Assembly: GCA_043753995.1 (NCBI GenBank)
Contig: JAYUVP010000107.1
Coordinates: 1-48,822 of the forward strand
From: Fibrobacterota bacterium
Lineage (GTDB): Bacteria; Fibrobacterota; Fibrobacteria; UBA11236
Direction: 5' to 3'
Length of the DNA: 48,822 nt
Of this stretch, positions 9,818-18,035 are shown piece by piece (the first letter of the stretch is position 1; the number at the start of each line of letters is the position of its first letter). Below the pieces are notes generated by a model. It saw nothing but the letters and a program-made list of their open reading frames with translations, was not told where the DNA came from and did not search any database. Made by a program: the position numbers and the translations under genes.

Positions 9818-10909
9818 ATGGAAATTGCCTATCACTTCCAGCCCCAGCTTGAAGCCGGCTCCCAAGCCGGTGAAATAGACTGGAAAGACCTTTTCGGCCA
9901 ACTTTATTTGCGGGCCAATGGCGATATGGCTCAAACCATGGAATGGTTGAGGCGCTTGGCCGAAAGGCATGGCCTGCTCAACCGAGACATGACTTTCGAG
10001 GATGTGCTCGACAAGCTGGAGAAGGAAGGCTTGATTCGTCGTGAGCGGGGCGGCTTCGAAGTGACGCCGAGCGGTGAACAGTCCGTGCGTGATAGGGTTT
10101 ACGATCGTGTGTTTGGTAATCTTTCGCGCAGCCTCAAGGGCGATCATCATACTGGCCGCACGGGGCAAGGCGGCGAGCGGTTAAGTGAAACGCGGGACTT
10201 TAAGCACGGAGATAATCCCGCGGATGTGGACTATCGCAACTCCCTGCGCAATTCCCTGCAGCGCAGTGGCGATATCTCCCAGAATTGGCGCGAAGAAGAT
10301 TTCGAAGTTCACGAGCGCGAAGAATTATCAGCTTGCTCCACCGTGCTCATGATAGACATCAGCCATAGCATGATTCTTTATGGCGAAGATCGTATTACGC
10401 CCGCGAAGAATGTGGCCATTTCGCTTTCCGAGCATATCCGGCGGCATTATCCGCGAGATACCCTCGACGTGCTGACCTTCGGTGATGAGGCTCAAGAAAT
10501 TCCTGTGCGCGATTTGGCCAAGGTCGCGGTGGGGCCTTTTCACACCAATACTTGCGACGGCTTACGCCTGGCGCGTTCCCTATTAAAGCGGCGACGTAAT
10601 CCCAATAAGCGCATACTTATGGTCACCGACGGTAAGCCTTCGGCGGTTTTCGATCGCGGGCGGCTATACCGCAATTCCTTCGGACTTGATCCGCTGGTGC
10701 TCGACAAAACCTATGGCGAGGCCCATCTCTGCCGTAAGGAGCGCATACGCGTTACCACCTTCATGGTCGCCAGTGATCCTTTGCTTATTGAATTCGTGGA
10801 AACCTTCACCCGTTTCTGTCAGGGGCAGGCCTTTTTTACAGGATTGGGACGGCTGGGAGAATTTGTTTTCGTCGATTATGCCCAAAACCGGCGCGGAAAA
10901 ACGCGCTGA
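9818..10909 (+). CDS. VWA domain protein partnering the AAA ATPase
   Basis: MIDAS motif DISHS, TN, VTDGKP. Confidence 0.85.
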   Translation: MEIAYHFQPQLEAGSQAGEIDWKDLFGQLYLRANGDMAQTMEWLRRLAERHGLLNRDMTFEDVLDKLEKEGLIRRERGGFEVTPSGEQSVRDRVYDRVFGNLSRSLKGDHHTGRTGQGGERLSETRDFKHGDNPADVDYRNSLRNSLQRSGDISQNWREEDFEVHEREELSACSTVLMIDISHSMILYGEDRITPAKNVAISLSEHIRRHYPRDTLDVLTFGDEAQEIPVRDLAKVAVGPFHTNTCDGLRLARSLLKRRRNPNKRILMVTDGKPSAVFDRGRLYRNSFGLDPLVLDKTYGEAHLCRKERIRVTTFMVASDPLLIEFVETFTRFCQGQAFFTGLGRLGEFVFVDYAQNRRGKTR

Positions 10910-10917
10910 GACGAGCA

Positions 10918-12030
10918 TTACGGCGCAATTACAATACCGCCGCCCTGGCTTTTCGCGCTATACATTGCGACATCGGCTCGCTTCACCAGAGTCTCCTTGC
11001 TTCGATCCGCTTCCTGTCCGTCCTCGGGGTTTAGGCCGCCCGCGCCGGCAATGCCAATAGAAAGCCCGGTGGGCTCGAAACCCGCCTTGGCGAAGGCGGC
11101 TTGCACGCGATCGCAAATGATGCGCGCGCCTTCGGGCTTGGTATCGGGCAGAAGCAAGACGAATTCATCGCCGCCATAGCGGAAGGCTTGATCGAGGCCT
11201 TGTCGGATTTCGAAATGCAGGATTTTTCCAAGTCCGATGAGTAATTGATCCCCGTCCTGATGACCTCTCGTATCATTAAAGCGCTTAAAATGATCGACAT
11301 CGATTAAGGCAATCGACAAATAACGATCCGGAAAGCGTTTCAAAGTTTTCAGGCTACGCATCAACTCTTCGTGAAAATGGCGAGCATTGTAAAGTCCGGT
11401 GAGGCCGTCGGTGATGGAAAGGCGCAACAATTGCTGGTTTTTTTCCTGCAATTCCATCTCCAATTGCCGACGCTTACTGATGTCGACGCAATTGAAAACC
11501 GTGCCGATGATTTCATTTTCGCCGCGCAACATGCGTGTGACGCTGACATTGAGCCAGATTTCAACTTTCGGATCGGGATGGCGTATGCGTACACCTGGAT
11601 TTTCCGCGGAGCCTTCTTTTTCCACTTGGGCAAGTAAGGCGAAAAGGGCCGTCGAGTCCTCGAATAATTCATGCACTTCGCGACCAACGACTTCACTTTG
11701 GGTAAGGCCGAAGGCCTTTTCCGATCCGCGATTGAATTTCAAAAGACGGTTTTCGCCATCGATAGTGAAAATGATATTCGCTGAATAGGTGATGATGGAT
11801 TCGAAATACCAGGACTTTACCTCAAGCCGCTTGTGATGCATTAGCTTGAGTTTGAGGTCGCCGCTTTCGTGATTGGCCGCGCGCATGCGCGAAACCAACA
11901 AAAGCAAAAGCAGTCCGATAACGCCGGTATGCAGAAATGGCCAGCGCCACCAGGCCGCGATTTCAAGACCCAGGCATGCCAATACCAAAACCGCCAGGAA
12001 TATCGACTCCCGGCGGGTAAATCCATTCAT
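10918..12030 (-). CDS. Membrane-anchored PAS-GGDEF diguanylate cyclase
   Basis: Two N-terminal hydrophobic segments, PAS, DGLTGLYN, DVDHFKRFND, RYGGDEF. Alternative TTG start at 12066. Confidence 0.9.
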   Translation of the reverse strand: MNGFTRRESIFLAVLVLACLGLEIAAWWRWPFLHTGVIGLLLLLLVSRMRAANHESGDLKLKLMHHKRLEVKSWYFESIITYSANIIFTIDGENRLLKFNRGSEKAFGLTQSEVVGREVHELFEDSTALFALLAQVEKEGSAENPGVRIRHPDPKVEIWLNVSVTRMLRGENEIIGTVFNCVDISKRRQLEMELQEKNQQLLRLSITDGLTGLYNARHFHEELMRSLKTLKRFPDRYLSIALIDVDHFKRFNDTRGHQDGDQLLIGLGKILHFEIRQGLDQAFRYGGDEFVLLLPDTKPEGARIICDRVQAAFAKAGFEPTGLSIGIAGAGGLNPEDGQEADRSKETLVKRADVAMYSAKSQGGGIVIAP

Positions 12031-12046
12031 GCTTTCATTGTGCTTT

Positions 12047-13570
12047 TTAAGTGGGGTCCTCGGCAATACCGGAGAGGCTTTTTCTCAAGGTTCGGCCTTC
12101 GTTTTGCATGGTTTTGTAAAGCAAATCGGCTCTAGCTTGAAGATTGGAAGCGAGTGGGAAGAGCGGAATTCCATTCAGGGCTATACGATACGACTCCCAG
12201 ACCCAAAGGTGGCGAGTTGCCGCCGCCCAGTCTTGCTCGGCCTTTTCCAGGGCTTGCAGGGTAGGGGGCGCGATTTGTGTTTTGACCTGGCTTTGGGCAT
12301 GGTTCAGGGCTGCTTGCAAGGCGCCCAGCAGGGGACGGCTTTCCATCTCGGTCTTGGCGGAGGCAGGGTCGGGTTTAGAATTCCACCAGGCATTCAGAGC
12401 CTTTTCGCCCGCCCATTGTCCATGGGCATTGCAAAGTCCCTGTAGGCCCCAGGGTAACCACCGCGTTTCCCAAAGCCGGGCAGCTGGAGGCGCTTGGCCC
12501 CGGAGTAGAAAGTCGGCTACAGATTGCGGCTGCAAGGCTATCAAGCAACCGTGGGAAGACGCAAGAGAAAGATTCGCCGGATAGGGGTCCTTTTCCGTTT
12601 CTAAAACAAAATGGCCTGAACCATAAGGCCCAGTCTCTCTTGGATTGCTGGCCCCGAAGAGCGCCAAAACACGGCATCCGGTGGCGGCACCCAGATGCAT
12701 GGCTACCGTATCCCCCGAAATCATCCAATCGTTTTGCTTTCCCAAAGCCACGAACTCAGTCCAGGTTAAGCTCCCGAAATGAAAGGAGAGGAGAGAACCA
12801 AAACCCTGGCGCATTTCTGCGGGCCAGGCCTCAAGCAAAGAGCTTTCTTCGCGAGAACCGGTGATAGTTAATTGCCAACCAGCCTGAAGTAGAGCCTGAG
12901 ATAAGGTCACCCAATGGGTGATAGGCCAACGCTTACCCAGCCATGCAGATCCGGGATGCAAAATGGCCTTGGGCTGGGCTGTAATATTCCCGGCGGGTTT
13001 GTTGGCCCGCGGAAAAATCACCGTGGGTGTAGGAGTGGAAAGGGAAGCGAAACGATATTGCGAAGAGGGGTTCGAGCCTAAGGCGATTTCTTCTAGGGCA
13101 AGTCGATAAAAATCAATGGCATGCACGGGCATAGCCTCGCGCTGGACGGGTAAGGCCATCAGGTGCCGCATCCAAGTGGTGTGAACCACAAGTCCCGCCC
13201 CAGATTCGAATCCTAAACCGACGCGCTGGCTTGTGCTAACCAAGGCGGTCAAATAGGCGCCCCATCGACCCTGAAACAAATTAATGCCGAGGTCATAATG
13301 CTGGTTCAGCAAGGGTTCAAGGCTTTGCTTTAAACGAAGTTGAAGCTGGGAAATGCCTTGGCCTTCGGACAGACCCGCGCGTAAAAGCTGGCGTGGCAAA
13401 GGGATAACCTGTCGTAGCCAGGGTATGCCTAGGACTAAATCCTGGGCATCTTCACCCACAATAAAGTCGATGACAGAATCGGGATGGCGGTGATGCCATT
13501 CCTGAATCGCCTGCAAAGCCATGAGGACATCGCCCGGATTATAGGGCATAAGTACGAAGGCCGAAATCAT
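12047..13570 (-). CDS. Glycosyltransferase family 9 (heptosyltransferase-like) with C-terminal extension
   Basis: PGDVLM, HPGS....KRWP, SGDTVAMHLGAA, ALFG..NP.ETGP. Confidence 0.8.
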   Translation of the reverse strand: MISAFVLMPYNPGDVLMALQAIQEWHHRHPDSVIDFIVGEDAQDLVLGIPWLRQVIPLPRQLLRAGLSEGQGISQLQLRLKQSLEPLLNQHYDLGINLFQGRWGAYLTALVSTSQRVGLGFESGAGLVVHTTWMRHLMALPVQREAMPVHAIDFYRLALEEIALGSNPSSQYRFASLSTPTPTVIFPRANKPAGNITAQPKAILHPGSAWLGKRWPITHWVTLSQALLQAGWQLTITGSREESSLLEAWPAEMRQGFGSLLSFHFGSLTWTEFVALGKQNDWMISGDTVAMHLGAATGCRVLALFGASNPRETGPYGSGHFVLETEKDPYPANLSLASSHGCLIALQPQSVADFLLRGQAPPAARLWETRWLPWGLQGLCNAHGQWAGEKALNAWWNSKPDPASAKTEMESRPLLGALQAALNHAQSQVKTQIAPPTLQALEKAEQDWAAATRHLWVWESYRIALNGIPLFPLASNLQARADLLYKTMQNEGRTLRKSLSGIAEDPT

Positions 13571-13752
13571 TGGGCTAGGTCATAGCCCCTATCTTGACGG
13601 GTTTCACTCAAGGCCAATTCAGCGGTGAGTAGCCAAAGCCATTCGTCCCGGTTGGGTGCTAGGCCTTGTTTTATTTGCAGCAGCAAGCCCTTCCGCTTTT
13701 CGGTGTCTTCGACGTTCAACTCAGGCGGTGATTCGGAAATGCGATCCGGCAT
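13567..13752 (-). CDS. Small hypothetical protein
   Basis: ATG at 13752 gives 61 aa. Its stop overlaps the GT9 start (ATGA), suggesting translational coupling. Confidence 0.5.
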   Translation of the reverse strand: MPDRISESPPELNVEDTEKRKGLLLQIKQGLAPNRDEWLWLLTAELALSETRQDRGYDLAQ

Positions 13753-13906
13753 CGACAGAGCATGCCATGGACCAAGGCAGACAGGCAAGTAAATCCAGCC
13801 TTCCCGCAAGTTAGTCGCTCGGATGGCTGCACACGGCTAAGCAAGAGGCGGGCCAGTTTTTATTTTTTCCTTGTTTTGCGGTAAACCGGACGTGTACCTT
13901 TACTGC

Positions 13907-14122
13907 ATGCCTCGTTATGCCATTGCTTTTATGACGGTCAAACCGTCTTTGATTCACCATTTTGTCGATATGGACAGCCGTGAATCCGCTCTCCGCTTTT
14001 TCTTTCAGAATTTTGTGGGTGATGCTTACTCTCAGGACGAAGAAGGCTTTTCCTATTTCAAGGAAGACTTTCTTCAGGCCGACCCGCCCATGGGGCATGT
14101 TTTGGAGGTCGACAAGCTATGA
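13907..14122 (+). CDS. Small hypothetical protein (71 aa)
   Basis: MPRYAIAF...LEVDKL has globular composition. ATGA overlap with ddl; TACCTT -10-like hexamer 6 nt upstream. Confidence 0.7.
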   Translation: MPRYAIAFMTVKPSLIHHFVDMDSRESALRFFFQNFVGDAYSQDEEGFSYFKEDFLQADPPMGHVLEVDKL

Positions 14123-15207
14123 CTTTGCGCCGCGTCGCCGTTTTCATGGGAGGAATTTCATCGGAGCATCCGGTTTCCTTGCGATCCGGTGCGGGCATGT
14201 TACAACAACTGGATACGAATCGATTTATCGGCTTTCCTGTGTTGATCGGCTTGGACAATGTCTGGAAATGGCCCAAGTCCTTGCCCTCAACAACCCTGAC
14301 CTTGTCGGCAGAGGTGGCGGCTGAAATTCTGAAAAAGACTCCCCCCGATTGGCAGGCCGCTCAATTCCCCCATTTCTCGGAATGGCCAGCATGCGACATA
14401 GCCTTGCTTGCCTTGCATGGCGTGGGTGGAGAGGATGGTCGGTTACAGGGTTTTTTCGAACTCGCCGGTTTACCCTATACGGGCAGTTCGAGCTCGGGTT
14501 CGAGCTTGTCCATGGACAAAATCACTAGCAAGCATTTGTATCGCTCGCATCAAATTCCAACCGCTCCTTTTCGCACCCTATCCCCAGAAGAATGGCAGTC
14601 CCCTAGCCTGGACGCCAAGCTGGATGCCCTCACCGCCGAACTGGGTTTGCCCATAGTCGTCAAGCACCCCAAGGGCGGCTCAAGTTTGGGAATGGGCATT
14701 GCGAAAACACGTGAAGACTTGGGTCGTCTAACGCGGGAATTGACCGCCGATACCGACGCTTTATTGTTTGAATCCTTCGTGAAAGGCCGTGAGGTGACTT
14801 GCGGTGTGCTTGAAGGTCATGCCCCGCTCGCCCCCACGGAAATACGTCCCAAGCAAGACGGTTTTTTCACCTACGAAGCCAAATATCAACACGGGCGAAC
14901 GGAGGAAATCACTCCGGCTCCAATGCCCGAAAACCTGATTCGTCGCATTCAAAATCTTGCTTGGCAATGCCATCGCGCCTTGCGCTTGAATGTGTATAGC
15001 CGTACCGACATGATTGTGTCCGGTGAAGACATTTTCGTGCTTGAAACCAATAATCTTCCCGGCTTCACACCGACCTCGATTTTGCCGCAACAAGCCCACT
15101 ACGCGGGGCTTAGCTATCGCGATTTACTTACCCATATTCTCGACCAAAGTTGGCTGCGGTTTTCTTCGCCAGCGAGCTCGACTTCTACCGCAACCTCCGC
15201 GGTATAA
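14119..15207 (+). CDS. ddl: D-alanine--D-alanine ligase
   Basis: GG.SSEH.VSL.SG, LHG..GEDG.LQG, MDK, GSS.G, F.YEAKY, LETNNLPGFT.TS..P. Confidence 0.93.
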   Translation: MTLRRVAVFMGGISSEHPVSLRSGAGMLQQLDTNRFIGFPVLIGLDNVWKWPKSLPSTTLTLSAEVAAEILKKTPPDWQAAQFPHFSEWPACDIALLALHGVGGEDGRLQGFFELAGLPYTGSSSSGSSLSMDKITSKHLYRSHQIPTAPFRTLSPEEWQSPSLDAKLDALTAELGLPIVVKHPKGGSSLGMGIAKTREDLGRLTRELTADTDALLFESFVKGREVTCGVLEGHAPLAPTEIRPKQDGFFTYEAKYQHGRTEEITPAPMPENLIRRIQNLAWQCHRALRLNVYSRTDMIVSGEDIFVLETNNLPGFTPTSILPQQAHYAGLSYRDLLTHILDQSWLRFSSPASSTSTATSAV

Positions 15208-15233
15208 ACCCGCTTCGGGTTGCGACCTAGGCC

Positions 15234-16376
15234 ATGCGTCTTTACCTCGATCTTTGTTCTTCCGCCTATGTCGCCTTAGACAATGGACAAGGTCAAGTCC
15301 TGGCCCAGCGCATTTCCCGTCCGCCGGTACGCAATGAAGAGGCCTTGGGTGTTGTCGAAAGCTTATTGCGTGACTTGGGTGCCGCATATAGCGATATCAC
15401 CGCCATCGCCGTCGCCTCTGGCCCGGGCAGCTTCACCGGCATTCGCGTCGGGTTGGCCATGGCGCAAGGCCTAGCCTTTGCAAAGCAATTGCCCCTGCAT
15501 GCCTTTTCCACTCTAGGCGCGGTGCAAGCCGCCTTGGCGACGCCTGGGGTTCCCTCCTTTGTCAGCTTAGCCGCCCAGGGTGGGCGATGGTATGCCAGGC
15601 ATTCGCAGGAAGGTCGTGATCGCCTTTTCACCGCGGAGGACATGCAAGTTGCTTTAGCAGCAAGACCCCACTGGCTAGTCACGGGCGAGTTACCCAAGGA
15701 CATGCCGGAAGCTTGGCCCAAGCCCTTGCGAATGGAGGATGTGCTCGGTGTCTCCGCCCTCCCGAGCGAAACCTGGTCGCGATTGATGGCCTATGCCTTT
15801 TCTGAAACCGCCGCTCCCCGAGGCATGATAAAACCTCGCTATGTGCAAGTCTCCGCCGCTGAAGCCAAACGGCTGAATAGCGAAAGCGAACCCGAAATTC
15901 GCCACTTGCAAACCAAGGACGCCGAGGCTCTCGCCACGCTAGAGCAAGAATGCAATCCCCAGCCCTGGAGCCTGGCCACGGTCAGCAATCATATTGCCGC
16001 CCTTTCCCCTTCGACCTCCTCACAATCCCCGGAGTTCCAGGTCATCGCCTCCTTTTACTGGGGTGCTGGCCTTTTTTTAGGCGACACCTTGGTTGGCTAT
16101 TGGCTGGGGCAAAGCGTGGGCGAAGAGGCGGAAATCCTTTTGGTCGGGGTGGGTTTATCCTGGCGGCGCAAGGGATTGGCTCGCAGCTTATTAACGGAGG
16201 CGCTGGCGACTTTCGTCAAGTCAGGAATTCGGAAGGTGCATTTGGAGGTGAGGGCGGGTAATGTCCCGGCCTTGGGCCTTTATTCCGAGCTTGGCTTTTC
16301 GCGACAGGGAGAGCGAAAAGGATATTATACCGACAATGGTGAAAATGCCGTGTTGATGGACCTAGTCTTGCCTTAA
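15234..16376 (+). CDS. tsaB-rimI: Fusion of t6A biosynthesis protein TsaB and RimI-like acetyltransferase
   Basis: N-terminal GPGSFTGIRVG (TsaB); C-terminal RRKGLA, LEVRAGN.PA.GLY...GF...GERKGYY (RimI). Confidence 0.85.
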   Translation: MRLYLDLCSSAYVALDNGQGQVLAQRISRPPVRNEEALGVVESLLRDLGAAYSDITAIAVASGPGSFTGIRVGLAMAQGLAFAKQLPLHAFSTLGAVQAALATPGVPSFVSLAAQGGRWYARHSQEGRDRLFTAEDMQVALAARPHWLVTGELPKDMPEAWPKPLRMEDVLGVSALPSETWSRLMAYAFSETAAPRGMIKPRYVQVSAAEAKRLNSESEPEIRHLQTKDAEALATLEQECNPQPWSLATVSNHIAALSPSTSSQSPEFQVIASFYWGAGLFLGDTLVGYWLGQSVGEEAEILLVGVGLSWRRKGLARSLLTEALATFVKSGIRKVHLEVRAGNVPALGLYSELGFSRQGERKGYYTDNGENAVLMDLVLP

Positions 16377-16436
16377 TAAGCCGGACCTTTCGGGTCACTT
16401 TGCTAAATTCCATCGGCTTCCAGAAAGAAGGCAATA

Positions 16437-16916
16437 ATGCCCAAGGCCATACTCACCACCCGTTTGGGTGAAATCACCATCGAATTCCTTCCCGAAATCG
16501 CACCCAAGCATGTCGAGAATTTCCTCGACCTGGCCAAGGCCGGTTTTTATGACGGCACGCTTTTTCATCGCGTGATTCCTGGTTTTATGATTCAAGGCGG
16601 CGATCCCAATAGCAAGCAAGCCGACAAGCGCTTGCATGGCACGGGTGGCAGCGGGAAAAACGTCCCTGCCGAATTTTCCAAAGAGGTGCATAAACGCGGC
16701 GCCGTTTCCATGGCCCGTTCCGCTCAACCGAATTCGGCGTCTTCGCAATTCTTCATCGTCGTCGATGACGCTCCCCACCTGGATGGCCAATACTCCCTAT
16801 TCGGGCGGGTGACCAGTGGCATGGATGTGGCCGACGCCATCGTGAAAGAAGAAACCGATCATCGCGACAATCCCCTGGCTGCGGTTTCCATGACCGTGCG
16901 CATCGAAGAGGGTTAA
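16437..16916 (+). CDS. Cyclophilin-type peptidyl-prolyl isomerase
   Basis: FYDGTLFHRVIPGFMIQGGDP, SMAR, SQFFI, LDGQYSLFG. Confidence 0.95.
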   Translation: MPKAILTTRLGEITIEFLPEIAPKHVENFLDLAKAGFYDGTLFHRVIPGFMIQGGDPNSKQADKRLHGTGGSGKNVPAEFSKEVHKRGAVSMARSAQPNSASSQFFIVVDDAPHLDGQYSLFGRVTSGMDVADAIVKEETDHRDNPLAAVSMTVRIEEG

Positions 16917-16940
16917 GCCTCTTTCGAGGCTTTTCTTTTC
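16915..16940 (+). terminator. Putative intrinsic terminator after the cyclophilin gene
   Basis: aagcctc-tttc-gaggctt followed by ttcttttc. Confidence 0.6.
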
Positions 16941-16942
16941 TC

Positions 16943-18001
16943 ATGGCTATGCGACCCCCGAGCGCGCGCGCTTCCAAGCGCCAATCCTGGTGGGGTCGCC
17001 TTTTGCTTGTTTTTTATTTTACTCTGCTGATCGCGCTTGGACTTGCACTCATGCTTTTGTGGAAGTCGGGGCAGGTTCTGGTGGCCAAGCAACCCATGGA
17101 GCATGCCCGCTGGGCCTTTGTCATGCCAGGCGAAAGCGCTGAATGCGAGGCCAGCGATGCGGCCGTCAAGCTGATGGCCGATGAGCGCATTGATACTCTG
17201 GTGCTGGTAGGGGGGCGCCTCTATAAAACCCGCTGGATCACCGAGGTTGCCAAGCGCTATGTCGAAAACGAAGGCGCGCCAGGTCGGCTCGTTTTTGAAA
17301 TGCGCGTGGACGCCACTTCGACACTCGATGCCGTGAGGCAAGTGGTGCGGCTAGCTCGATTACAGAACTTGGATACTGTGACCTTTGTCACATCCAGCTT
17401 TCATTCGCGCCAAGTCAAGCTTTTTGCCGACAAGCTTGCAGGTGGAATGCCCGTGGTGCAAATCGTTGCCGCGGAGTCCCCGGTTTTCATGCCCTCGGCA
17501 TGGTGGGCTACCTCTCAAAGTAAGGCCATTTGGTTTCGTGAATGGGTTGGCCTGGCGCATGCTTGGCTCACGGGTATGAACATGAAGCCCGACCCATTAG
17601 CGGCCGAAGTACGCAATTTGCTGCCCGATCCCTGGCTGGACCAGGAATTCATTTCCACCAAGGCAACCCTTCCGGATACCTTGGTTCTGCCGAAGTCGGG
17701 TGATTCGACCCAAGCCCAAGGCCTGCTCGACAGTGCTGCCAAGGTACTCGATTCCTTGCGCAAGGCGCCGGTCCTGGCTGAGCTGAAGGACACCGTGGAG
17801 GGTAGCAAGGAGAGTTCCCCTCGCCAGAAAACTTTGGAACGTGACAGTAGTCGCAATTCCGAGGTCAAAAATTCCCCGACTCAGGAAAAGGAAGCTGCCA
17901 AGGCAAGGCCCAAAGAAGCAGTTAAGCCAGCAAAAGAAAAAGCGTCAGCGCGCACCGAAACGACGAATAAGAAAAACGCCAAAAAAGAAAAAAGCCGCTA
18001 A
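16943..18001 (+). CDS. YdcF/DUF218 (ElyC-like) membrane-anchored protein with a Lys/Glu-rich tail
   Basis: N-terminal TM segment; ST...A, FVTSSFHSR, FREW motifs; low-complexity C-terminus. Confidence 0.65.
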   Translation: MAMRPPSARASKRQSWWGRLLLVFYFTLLIALGLALMLLWKSGQVLVAKQPMEHARWAFVMPGESAECEASDAAVKLMADERIDTLVLVGGRLYKTRWITEVAKRYVENEGAPGRLVFEMRVDATSTLDAVRQVVRLARLQNLDTVTFVTSSFHSRQVKLFADKLAGGMPVVQIVAAESPVFMPSAWWATSQSKAIWFREWVGLAHAWLTGMNMKPDPLAAEVRNLLPDPWLDQEFISTKATLPDTLVLPKSGDSTQAQGLLDSAAKVLDSLRKAPVLAELKDTVEGSKESSPRQKTLERDSSRNSEVKNSPTQEKEAAKARPKEAVKPAKEKASARTETTNKKNAKKEKSR

Positions 18002-18015
18002 GCGGCTTTTTTCTT
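17985..18015. terminator. Bidirectional intrinsic terminator between convergent genes
   Basis: Perfect inverted repeat aagaaaaaagccgc-TAA-gcggcttttttctt with A/T tracts on both sides. Confidence 0.85.
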
Positions 18016-18035
18016 GCGTATCACCTTCGAAATCC

